A stretch of 50,708 nt of DNA from Bacteroidales bacterium (GTDB lineage: Bacteria > Bacteroidota > Bacteroidia > Bacteroidales > WCHB1-69), in assembly GCA_012522535.1 (NCBI GenBank), contig JAAYKF010000028.1, positions 1 through 50,708 on the forward strand, written 5' to 3'. Shown here piece after piece: positions 9,185 to 17,850 of the stretch. A program made the translations under genes and the position numbers. Within the stretch, counting starts at the first letter, position 1. Every line of letters begins with the position of its first letter. The notes beneath the pieces were generated by a model, which worked only from the letters and a program-made list of their open reading frames with translations, searched no databases and was not told the DNA's origin.

Positions 9185-11902
9185 ATGAGTATTAAGTACG
9201 TTTATTACTTTGGCAAAAGCCACGCTGAAGGTAAAGCAGACATGAGAGAGCTGCTTGGAGGTAAAGGTGCCAATTTGGCCGAAATGAGTTTATTGGGTCT
9301 GCCAGTGCCAGCTGGATTCACCATAACAACAGAAGCTTGTACAGCATATTATGTTAACGATCATAAATTACCCGAAGGTTCGGAAGAGCAGGTATGGGAA
9401 GCAATGAGAAAGGTAGAAGAAGAGATGGGTATGAAATATGGCGATACAGAAAATCCACTATTGGTTTCTTGTCGTTCAGGTGCCCGTGGGTCTATGCCAG
9501 GCATGATGGACACTGTTCTAAACATTGGTCTTTCATCACAAACTATTCCAGCACTTATCAAAAAAACTGACAATCCACGCTTTGTTTATGACTCCTACCG
9601 TCGTCTTATTATGATGTACGCCGATGTGGTAATGGAAAAAGCAGAAGGAATTGAGCCAGAAGGTGAAGGAATTAGAAAAGAGTTAGAAGATTTATTCGAA
9701 TCTTATAAAAATAGTAAAGGATATACCGAAGACGGTGATTTAACAGCCGATGACTTGAAAGTAATTTCAGAGCAATTCAAAGCTAAGGTTAAAGAAGTTC
9801 TTGGAAAAGAGTTCCCCGATGACGTTAATGAACAACTTTTTGGAAGTATCAATGGAGTGTTCAAGAGCTGGAACGGCAAAAAAGCTGTTGCATACCGTCG
9901 CATAGAAAATATTCCAGATGACTGGGGTACTGCAGTAAACGTTCAAGCTATGGTTTTTGGAAATATGGGTGAAAACTCAGGTACAGGTGTTGCATTTACT
10001 CGTAACCCTGCCACTGGTGAAAACCTATTCTACGGTGAGTGGTTGGTTGATGCACAAGGTGAAGACGTTGTGGCTGGTATTCGTACACCAAGCCCCATTA
10101 ACAACGACACCAAAAATGAGCAAAACGAGCACTTGCAAAGTATGCAAGACCACTGGCCAACAATCTACAAAGAGCTTGATGATATTAGAACAAACTTAGA
10201 GGTTTCTTTCAAAGATATGCTTGATATTGAGTTCACTATCCAAGAAGGAACACTATATATGCTACAATGTCGTTCAGGAAAACGAACAGGAACAGCTGCC
10301 CTTAACATGGCAATGGATATGCTACAAGAGGGACTTATTGATGAGAAAGCTGCAGTTATGCGCGTTAGCCCCGACCAATTAGATGAACTACTTCACCCAA
10401 TTATCGATACTGATAAACTTAAAGATGCAGAGCCATTCGTAAAAGGACTTCCAGCAGGACCCGGTGCTGCAGTTGGACAAGCTGTATTTACAGCCGAAGA
10501 CGCCGTTGAGTGGCAAAAACAAGGTAAAAAAGTAATCCTAATTCGTGAAGAAACAAACCCAGAAGACGTTGAAGGTATGCGTGCCGCTGAAGGTATTCTA
10601 ACCTCAAGAGGTGGTATGACATCTCACGCTGCACTTGTTGCCCGTGGATGGGGTAAATGCTGTATAGTTGGAGCTGGACAACTTAACGTTGACAGTGCTA
10701 ACAAAAAAGCTACAATGGCAAACGGACTTGTTATAAACGAAGGTGATATACTTTCATTGGACGGAACAAAAGGTTTTGCCTACGAAGGAACACTTGAACT
10801 AATGGATGCTTCAGAAAACCCACGCTTCCAGTCCTTTATGGATATGGTTGACAAATACCGTACACTTGGCGTTAGAACCAATGCCGACACTCCAGAAGAT
10901 GCAAAAGTTGCAGTTGATTTTGGTGCAGAAGGTATCGGACTATTCCGTACAGAGCATATGTTCTACGGAACTGGTAGAGAAAAAGAATTATTCCTTATCA
11001 GAAAAATGATACTTAGCAATACAGAAGCCGAAAGACGCGAAGCCGTTAATGAGCTATTCCCATTTGTTAAGCGCGACTATAAAGGAACCCTCGAAGCAAT
11101 GGATGGCATGCCTGTTACTTTCAGATTGTTAGACCCACCCCTACATGAATTTATTCCACAAAGCGAAGAAAGCTTAGTAGAATTAGCCGGAGAGCTGGGA
11201 ATTAGCAAAGAAGAAATTGTACAGCGTGGCGAAGCTCTTCACGAAGTAAACCCAATGATGGGACACCGCGGAGTACGTCTTGGAATTACATACCCAGAAG
11301 TTACAGAAATGCAAATGAGAGCACTTTTCGAAGCCTCAGTTGAACTTGTAAAAGATGGTAAAAATCCAATGCCAGAAATTATGGTTCCAGTTACTTCAGA
11401 TATTGGAGAATTAGATATTACTAAAGAGCTTACCGATAGAGTTTACAAAGAAGTTTGTGAAAAATATGGTGTTGACAAAATAGACTACCTATATGGAACT
11501 ATGATTGAAATACCAAGAGCTTGCCTTTTGGCAGACAAGATGGCACACAGTGCAGAGTTCTTCTCCTTCGGTACCAACGACCTAACGCAAATGACTTACG
11601 GATTTAGCCGTGATGATACCGGTGCATTTATGCAAGAATATTTAGACCAAGGTATTATTAAGGTTGACCCATTCCAAGCCATTGACCAAGAAGGTGTTGG
11701 ACAGTTAATTGAAATGGCTGTTGAGCGTGGACGCAAAACAAATCCAAAACTAAAAGTTGGTATTTGTGGTGAGCAAGGTGGTGAGCCCACATCAGTAGAA
11801 TTCTGCTACAAAATAGGATTAGACTATGTTAGCTGTTCGCCATACCGTGTCCCAGTGGCTAGACTGGCAGCAGCACAAGCAGCAATTAAAGCAGGAAAGT
11901 AA
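9185..11902 (+). CDS. ppdK: Pyruvate, phosphate dikinase
   Basis: 905 aa. Has an ATP-grasp N-terminus (LLGGKGANLAEM), the phosphohistidine swivel motif GGMTSHAALVARGWGK and the PEP-utilising C-terminal TIM barrel (FFSFGTNDLTQ). Confidence 0.97.
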   Translation: MSIKYVYYFGKSHAEGKADMRELLGGKGANLAEMSLLGLPVPAGFTITTEACTAYYVNDHKLPEGSEEQVWEAMRKVEEEMGMKYGDTENPLLVSCRSGARGSMPGMMDTVLNIGLSSQTIPALIKKTDNPRFVYDSYRRLIMMYADVVMEKAEGIEPEGEGIRKELEDLFESYKNSKGYTEDGDLTADDLKVISEQFKAKVKEVLGKEFPDDVNEQLFGSINGVFKSWNGKKAVAYRRIENIPDDWGTAVNVQAMVFGNMGENSGTGVAFTRNPATGENLFYGEWLVDAQGEDVVAGIRTPSPINNDTKNEQNEHLQSMQDHWPTIYKELDDIRTNLEVSFKDMLDIEFTIQEGTLYMLQCRSGKRTGTAALNMAMDMLQEGLIDEKAAVMRVSPDQLDELLHPIIDTDKLKDAEPFVKGLPAGPGAAVGQAVFTAEDAVEWQKQGKKVILIREETNPEDVEGMRAAEGILTSRGGMTSHAALVARGWGKCCIVGAGQLNVDSANKKATMANGLVINEGDILSLDGTKGFAYEGTLELMDASENPRFQSFMDMVDKYRTLGVRTNADTPEDAKVAVDFGAEGIGLFRTEHMFYGTGREKELFLIRKMILSNTEAERREAVNELFPFVKRDYKGTLEAMDGMPVTFRLLDPPLHEFIPQSEESLVELAGELGISKEEIVQRGEALHEVNPMMGHRGVRLGITYPEVTEMQMRALFEASVELVKDGKNPMPEIMVPVTSDIGELDITKELTDRVYKEVCEKYGVDKIDYLYGTMIEIPRACLLADKMAHSAEFFSFGTNDLTQMTYGFSRDDTGAFMQEYLDQGIIKVDPFQAIDQEGVGQLIEMAVERGRKTNPKLKVGICGEQGGEPTSVEFCYKIGLDYVSCSPYRVPVARLAAAQAAIKAGK

Positions 11903-11922
11903 AAAGCTTTATATAAAAACCC

Positions 11923-11957
11923 AAGTAAGCTCGCCAAACGGCGAGCTTACTTTATTA
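11923..11957. terminator. Intrinsic terminator hairpin, copy A (13-bp stem, AAAC loop, T-rich tail)
   Basis: AAGTAAGCTCGCC-AAAC-GGCGAGCTTACTT followed by TATTAT, 21 nt after the ppdK stop. Confidence 0.8.
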
Positions 11958-12263
11958 TAGCCCCATCTCTTTCTAATTTGGTGCATTTATACTGGATGTT
12001 TTTTATAGAACATATACTGCAAGGTCTTCCCGACCTTGTAGGATTAGAGCCAAAAGAAATAAAGTTCTATTATGCACTTCTACTGGTGCATTTGTTCTGT
12101 AATAATATATTTGATTTTGTTTATATTGTAGTCCCGATAGGGATTTAGTATTAGTAGAACAAATGTATTTGGTATAATCCTGTTCTCGTAGGAGACTAAG
12201 CCTCTATCTTCATATAATGCCAACTGTAATAATAAAATAGGATTATAACATTTTTCCAATTGG

Positions 12264-12302
12264 TATAAAACCAAATAAGCTCGCCAAACGGCGAGCTTAT
12301 TT
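12264..12302. terminator. Intrinsic terminator hairpin, copy B (near-identical to copy A), serving the minus-strand OsmC-family gene
   Basis: AAATAAGCTCGCC-AAAC-GGCGAGCTTATTT. On the minus strand it is followed by GGTTTTATA. It lies 20 nt downstream of the OsmC-family stop. Confidence 0.75.
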
Positions 12303-12321
12303 GATTAAAATTAATTTGAAA

Positions 12322-12759
12322 TTATCTCTTCAATGAAATTTTTACTGGAGTTGCATTAGCCAAGTTGTCGCTCACTGGACAGCGAGACTCAACCTTTGCC
12401 AACCACTCTTTCAAAGTCTCTTCGTCGGCATCAGTGTCTGGAATAATTTCCACATCTATATTTTTGTAACCAGCTCTGTCAGCATCACTTTTTCCAAAAA
12501 GCTTGTCGGGGTTTAAGCTCCCACTTAGATTGATTTTTACACCACGAAGCTCAAATTTCATCTCTTGTGCAATAACATGACACATAACATTTAAGCAACC
12601 CGAAAGTGCTGCCAATACGTATTCAACTGGGTTTGCCCCATGATCTGTGCCACCCAAATTTGCGGGTTCATCAATAATAATTTCAAAATTTCGTGCTTTC
12701 ACAACTGTTTTAGTTGGATTTTCGCTATGCGCCTCAACGCGGAATTTTATGTCTGCCAT
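12322..12759 (-). CDS. OsmC/Ohr-family peroxiredoxin-like protein
   Basis: Contains GGTDHGANPVEYVLAALSGCL and a second Cys in VESRCPV. Start set at MADIKF (12759). The 21-codon upstream extension in the ORF track looks non-coding. Confidence 0.88.
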   Translation of the reverse strand: MADIKFRVEAHSENPTKTVVKARNFEIIIDEPANLGGTDHGANPVEYVLAALSGCLNVMCHVIAQEMKFELRGVKINLSGSLNPDKLFGKSDADRAGYKNIDVEIIPDTDADEETLKEWLAKVESRCPVSDNLANATPVKISLKR

Positions 12760-12792
12760 AATAAATTGTTTTAAGTTTTTAATTAGGTTAAC

Positions 12793-12808
12793 TGTTATTG
12801 CAATAACA
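12793..12808. promoter_or_regulatory. Perfect 16-bp palindrome TGTTATTGCAATAACA, candidate operator
   Basis: Read directly from the sequence. Lies 34-49 nt upstream of the OsmC-family ATG, inside a 524-bp divergent intergenic region. Confidence 0.35.
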
Positions 12809-13254
12809 AGGAGAGTTTTCATTTGTTTTGTAAAAGTATCGCAAATTAGACCAATTAAAAATACTTTAACATGATAGATTGATGTTGGTTTGTAGTAGTT
12901 TGATTTTCAGCATATTTCATAATGCTGTCTTTGTAGTTAATCTATTGTTACCAACTTGAGTTTTTATATTGAATAAGAAATTACAGCAAATTGTATTATA
13001 AAATAAATCAATCTGTTTTCTGAATTTGCTACGACATTCTCAAAAAGCTTAATCGATGTAGATTTTCTAAATTTAAATTTGTAATCAATGAAATTTGTTG
13101 AATTATTGTCAGTTTTACTCCAAAATAATCTCAAAAAAGAGCTTGTTTTCAGTCAATCATTAATTTGTTTTAACGATTTAGATTGCTTTTGTACAAAAAA
13201 ACAAGAAAAAACGATTTTTTTCACCTAAATTGTTTTAGAAATCAAAACTTTGAT

Positions 13255-13262
13255 TATATTTG
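13255..13262 (+). promoter_or_regulatory. Candidate -7 box (TATATTTG) for the LacI-ROK-GH2-GH92 operon
   Basis: Exact TAnnTTTG match 21 nt upstream of the ATG at 13284. It overlaps the TTG at 13260 used by the ORF track. Confidence 0.5.
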
Positions 13263-13283
13263 CCCATAAAGTATTATTTTGTT

Positions 13284-14318
13284 ATGAAAAAAGATAAGAT
13301 TTCATTAAAAGACATTGCCAATAGTCTGGGAGTTTCTACAACTCTAGTCTCTTTAGTTTTAAATAACAAAGGAGAGGTTCACGGAATTAGTAAAGAAACT
13401 CAGGCAAAAGTAATTGCCAAGGCAAAAGAGTTAAACTATATGCCAAGTTTTATGGCTCGTGGTTTAAGAACAGGACGTTCGTTCACAATTGGAGTTGTAG
13501 TATCGGATATTTCCAATCCGTTCTACTCGCGTATGGTTCGTTATATGGAAGACGAAGCTTCTAAAAATGGCTATACATTATTAATAAGTAGCTCCGATGA
13601 GTCGCACAACAAAGAATCAAAACTAATTAAAATGCTCATCGACCGTCAAGTAGATGGTCTTATAATCTCATCTTCACAACCCAATCTATCTTTCTTAAGC
13701 GATGTTGAAGCAAGTTCAATTCCTTATGTTCTTATCGACCGCGTTTTTGAAGACAACTTAAATGTAAACACAATTTCAGTTGACAACATTCAAGGCTCAT
13801 ATAAGGCAGTAGAACACCTTGTTTCGCAAGGCTATAAGAAAATTGCCATGCTGGCAGTAACACCAATTTATGTGTCAACAATTCGTGAAAGAATTGATGG
13901 GTACCTAAGGTCAGTTGACGCATTTAATTTGGAATATGGCAGCGAATTGCTTGTGGAGTTAGATTTCTACAATCTACGTCAAAGCATTCTTAATATCATA
14001 AATTCAATGATATTAAAACCAGAACCAGAAATTGATGCCATATTTGCCATTAATAATAATGTAGCAGTGGAATGTCTAAAAAGCTTCAAAGAATTGGGTA
14101 TAGAAGTGCCACAAAATTTAGGCTTCATCTCCTTTGACGATATAGACCTTTATGAGTTAACATCTCCATCGGTAAGTGCCATTGCACAGCCATTAGAGAC
14201 CCTAAGCACTCAAGCGGTAAATATGATTATCCAAAACATCGAAAACAAAACTCACGAATTTCAGCAAATGAAACTTGATACTGAGCTGATAATCAGAGAG
14301 TCAACTCTAAGAGAATAG
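13284..14318 (+). CDS. LacI-family transcriptional regulator
   Basis: N-terminal HTH (ISLKDIANSLGVSTTLVSLVLNNK), a YMPSFMARGLR hinge and a periplasmic-binding-protein-like sugar-binding core. Start moved to ATG 13284 because of the -7 box. Confidence 0.93.
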   Translation: MKKDKISLKDIANSLGVSTTLVSLVLNNKGEVHGISKETQAKVIAKAKELNYMPSFMARGLRTGRSFTIGVVVSDISNPFYSRMVRYMEDEASKNGYTLLISSSDESHNKESKLIKMLIDRQVDGLIISSSQPNLSFLSDVEASSIPYVLIDRVFEDNLNVNTISVDNIQGSYKAVEHLVSQGYKKIAMLAVTPIYVSTIRERIDGYLRSVDAFNLEYGSELLVELDFYNLRQSILNIINSMILKPEPEIDAIFAINNNVAVECLKSFKELGIEVPQNLGFISFDDIDLYELTSPSVSAIAQPLETLSTQAVNMIIQNIENKTHEFQQMKLDTELIIRESTLRE

Positions 14319-14358
14319 TATCTAAAGCAAATAATTCTTAATAATCAATAACTTAACG

Positions 14359-15324
14359 ATGATAAACAGTAAAATTGCAGTAGGCATCGATATAGGCGGG
14401 ACAAATACCGACCTAGGTATTGTAAATGAAGAGGGTAAAGTACTTGCCAAAACTTCTTTTTCTACACAAGTTTCAGACAACTTTGAAGAGTATATCAAAG
14501 TTTTATCTGACAACATAAAAAGCCTTCTAAAAGCAAACGATTTGGAAGGTAAAATATTAGGAGTTGGTGTTGGAGCTCCCAATGCTAATTTTTATAAAGG
14601 AACCATAGAACATGCACCAAACTTGCTTTGGAAGGGAGTTTTACATTTTTCTAAAATGCTCTCGCAAGAAGTGGGATACAAAGTTGTATTAACCAATGAT
14701 GCCAATGCAGCAGCCATAGGCGAAAAAGTTTACGGTGGTGGTAAATATATGCAACATTTTGCACTTGTTACCCTTGGAACAGGGCTGGGAAGTGGAATAG
14801 TAATTGATGGAAAACTTCTATATGGATCTGATGGATTTGCAGGAGAATTGGGACACACAATAGTTGTAAAAGAAGATGGAAGACAATGTGGTTGCGGACG
14901 CAAAGGCTGCTTGGAAACAATAGCCTCAGCATCAGGAATTGTTACTACAATAAAACAACTCTTAGAGTCAGAAAAAACAGCCTCAGTTTTCAGAAATGTA
15001 TCAGTAGATGAAATTAAATCAATCGACATTTTTGAAGCTGCCAACAAAGGCGACGAACTTGCACTGAAAGCATTTGATATCACAGCCGATTATCTTGGAT
15101 TCTCCCTAACAAACTTAATAGCAATAACCAGCCCAGAGGCAATTTTCCTATCAGGAGGATTGGCACACGCTGGCGACCTGCTTTTTAAGCCGCTACAACA
15201 ATATTACGACAAATATGTGTTGCCACTATTTAAAGGTAAAACTGTTATTCTACCATCGCAACTACCTGACGGAAACACTGGACTGATGGGTGCCGCAGCA
15301 CTTGCACTTAGTGAACTTTCATAA
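14359..15324 (+). CDS. ROK-family sugar kinase (glucokinase/mannokinase-like)
   Basis: ATP-binding motif GIDIGGTN and the ROK zinc motif CGCGRKGCLE. Confidence 0.92.
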   Translation: MINSKIAVGIDIGGTNTDLGIVNEEGKVLAKTSFSTQVSDNFEEYIKVLSDNIKSLLKANDLEGKILGVGVGAPNANFYKGTIEHAPNLLWKGVLHFSKMLSQEVGYKVVLTNDANAAAIGEKVYGGGKYMQHFALVTLGTGLGSGIVIDGKLLYGSDGFAGELGHTIVVKEDGRQCGCGRKGCLETIASASGIVTTIKQLLESEKTASVFRNVSVDEIKSIDIFEAANKGDELALKAFDITADYLGFSLTNLIAITSPEAIFLSGGLAHAGDLLFKPLQQYYDKYVLPLFKGKTVILPSQLPDGNTGLMGAAALALSELS

Positions 15325-15337
15325 AATATTCTGAAAA

Positions 15338-17848
15338 TTGTTGAGAAAAAATAATATACCCACATTTATTCTGCTAATTTTAGCTTTTGTAATTTCATCT
15401 TGCGGAAGCAACAACAGCAGTGAGGTTAAAGAGATAATACTTGATGAGAATTGGGTCTTTGCTTGCAACGACTCCACCAACTACAGAGAAGCTAATGTGC
15501 CGGGATCTGTTTTTACAGACCTGATGCAACATGAAATAATTGAAGACCCTTTTCTTAAAAGTAATGAAAATGATTGCCAGTGGGTGGCTCAACAAAAATG
15601 GACTTATCAAACAAACTTTGATATAGATGCCAAGAGTTTGAAAAACTATAAAAATCTAAATCTACACTTTGGGGGCATCGATACCTATGCCGATATTTAT
15701 CTCAACGACTCGCTCATACTTCAGTGCGACAACGCCTTCAGACCATGGGAAATGGATATTAAGTCCATTGCAAAAACTGAAAATAATATTCTGAAAATTG
15801 TTTTCAAGCCCATTGAAGAAATTCTTGAAAAAGAGACTCAAAGATACAACTTCACACTACCCGAAGGTTTAAGGGTTTATGCCCGCAAACCCCAATTCCA
15901 TTTTGGTTGGGACTGGGCTCCAAAACTGTTGAATATTTCAATATTTAAAGCTCCAAAACTTGTATTTTGGAACGATGTTGTTTTGGAAGATGTAAGTGTT
16001 ACAAATAGCAGTTTTGATGAAGATATGGGTTTTGTAACTGCAAAAATTTTTACTAAACTAAGCGATATTCAATCCCTTGAAGCACAGTTGATTGTGGAAG
16101 ATGTTTCCAGTAATAAATTGTGGTATAAGAAGAAAATCACTCTTTCGGAAAATCCTACTGAAATTGAGTTTCAATATCCAAATCCTAAAATTTGGTCTAT
16201 AGAAAATCCCAATTATTACGATTTAAGGTTTACCATTTACACCTCAAAAAAGCATAAACAATCTGTAACAAAGCGTATTGGTTTTCGCAATGTAAAACTT
16301 CGTCAAGATGTTGACTCTGTAGGTAGCCAATTCTATTTTGAACTCAATGGTGAAGCTGTCTTTAGCAAAGGTTCCAATTGGGTTCCTGCCGATGTTTTTC
16401 AGCATAGAATTAGTGCAGAAACATACAGAGATTTGCTAATCCTTGCCAAAGATGCTGGTCATAATATGATTAGAATTTGGGGAGGTGGTTTCTACGAAGA
16501 CGACTCTTTTTATGAAATCTGCGACAGCCTCGGAATTATGGTATGGCAAGATTTTATGTTTGCATGTAGCATGTACCCATTTTATGATGAGTATATGGAG
16601 TCGGTACGTGCCGAAGCAAATTATCAATTACGCCGTTTGAGTTCTCACCCTTCAATAGTTCTTTGGTGCGGAAATAATGAAAATACAGAAGGCTGGTTCA
16701 ACTGGGGTTGGCAAAGAGATCTGGGATATAGTTTGACAGATTCGGCTGTTGTTTGGGACGGAAATCACAAGATTTTCTACGAAATGTTACCAGAATTGTG
16801 TTCAGTTTATAATAATACTGACTATCATGCATCTTCGCCTTTGCACGGCTGGGGCAGAAAAGAGGCATATAAAAATGGTGATATTCACTATTGGGGAGTT
16901 TGGTGGGGCTATGAGCCTTTTGAGATTTATAAAGAAAAAGTAGGCAGATTTGTGAGCGAATTTGGTTTTCAGGGTATGCCCAATATGAAAACCATCGAAT
17001 ACCTTATGCAAGACCAAGAGGCAAATATAGACCACCCATATATAGCTCAACATCAGAAACATCCCCGCGGACGACACACCATAGAGGAGTATATGAAACG
17101 TGATTTTTATACACCCAAAAATTTTGAAGACTACGTTTATATTTCGCAATTGCTTCAGGCTGAAGGAGTTGGCGAAGGGGTTAAATCGCACCGCTTGGCG
17201 ATGCCCTATTGCATGGGAACGCTGTATTGGCAATTAAACGATTGTTGGCCCTCAATTTCGTGGTCGGCAATAGACTTTTTCAAACAGCCTAAGGCATTCT
17301 ATTTCAGCTCCAAAAGATTGTTTCAAGATGTAGCTCCAATTATCTCTGCCAACAACGATAAAGTGAATGTATATCTTAGTAATCTGAACAATAGTAATTT
17401 TAAAGGTAGTATGATATTAGGGGTTTATAGCCCTAAAAATCAGGAGATTAAGATAGATACCATAGAGGTGGAAAATTCTTCCATGATAAATAAAATTGTC
17501 CACCAGTTTGCCATCGAAAAAGATATGGTTTATGGTGTTCAGCTGTTTGATGAAGAGTCAAACTATATAGGTCATTACACCTATTTCGACAATAAGAATA
17601 TTGTCTATAATAAAAAAGATATTGAAATTAATATTGATTATTTAGCCCATGAACATGCCATTTTGGTGAGTTCCAACAGAGCCGTTTTTGGACTTTGGCT
17701 TAAAGCTGATAATATTAATATAGAAGATAATTGGTTCCATCTTTTCCCCAATTTTACCTACAAAATAGGTATAAAAGATAAGGATATTGATGGCGTTGAT
17801 TTTGTTAAAAACCTGAAATACAAATATTTAACCTCTAACAAAAATTAA
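15338..17848 (+). CDS. Glycoside hydrolase family 2, beta-mannosidase-like lipoprotein
   Basis: Lipoprotein signal (FVISSC). WCGNNEN (acid/base) and SEFGFQG (nucleophile) motifs in GH2 spacing. A non-ATG start (TTG 15338 or 15341) is forced: there is an in-frame TGA at 15332, and the first in-frame ATG would delete the signal peptide. Confidence 0.88.
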   Translation: MLRKNNIPTFILLILAFVISSCGSNNSSEVKEIILDENWVFACNDSTNYREANVPGSVFTDLMQHEIIEDPFLKSNENDCQWVAQQKWTYQTNFDIDAKSLKNYKNLNLHFGGIDTYADIYLNDSLILQCDNAFRPWEMDIKSIAKTENNILKIVFKPIEEILEKETQRYNFTLPEGLRVYARKPQFHFGWDWAPKLLNISIFKAPKLVFWNDVVLEDVSVTNSSFDEDMGFVTAKIFTKLSDIQSLEAQLIVEDVSSNKLWYKKKITLSENPTEIEFQYPNPKIWSIENPNYYDLRFTIYTSKKHKQSVTKRIGFRNVKLRQDVDSVGSQFYFELNGEAVFSKGSNWVPADVFQHRISAETYRDLLILAKDAGHNMIRIWGGGFYEDDSFYEICDSLGIMVWQDFMFACSMYPFYDEYMESVRAEANYQLRRLSSHPSIVLWCGNNENTEGWFNWGWQRDLGYSLTDSAVVWDGNHKIFYEMLPELCSVYNNTDYHASSPLHGWGRKEAYKNGDIHYWGVWWGYEPFEIYKEKVGRFVSEFGFQGMPNMKTIEYLMQDQEANIDHPYIAQHQKHPRGRHTIEEYMKRDFYTPKNFEDYVYISQLLQAEGVGEGVKSHRLAMPYCMGTLYWQLNDCWPSISWSAIDFFKQPKAFYFSSKRLFQDVAPIISANNDKVNVYLSNLNNSNFKGSMILGVYSPKNQEIKIDTIEVENSSMINKIVHQFAIEKDMVYGVQLFDEESNYIGHYTYFDNKNIVYNKKDIEINIDYLAHEHAILVSSNRAVFGLWLKADNINIEDNWFHLFPNFTYKIGIKDKDIDGVDFVKNLKYKYLTSNKN

Positions 17849-17850
17849 TT

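Noticed and set aside
11996-12148. A 50-codon plus-strand ORF in the ppdK-osmC spacer. The same spacer also holds a 64-aa minus-strand ORF at 12080-12274.
   Set aside because: I recognise no motif in either and no properly spaced promoter, and the two ORFs overlap each other. They are kept only as one hypothesis under the duplicated-hairpin finding, not called as genes.
13187-13198. A perfect 12-bp palindrome TTTTGTACAAAA upstream of the lacI promoter, considered as a possible LacI operator.
   Set aside because: Six-base arms in AT-rich DNA are expected by chance at about this density. It lacks the central CG typical of LacI-family operators and sits about 60 nt upstream of the -7 box.
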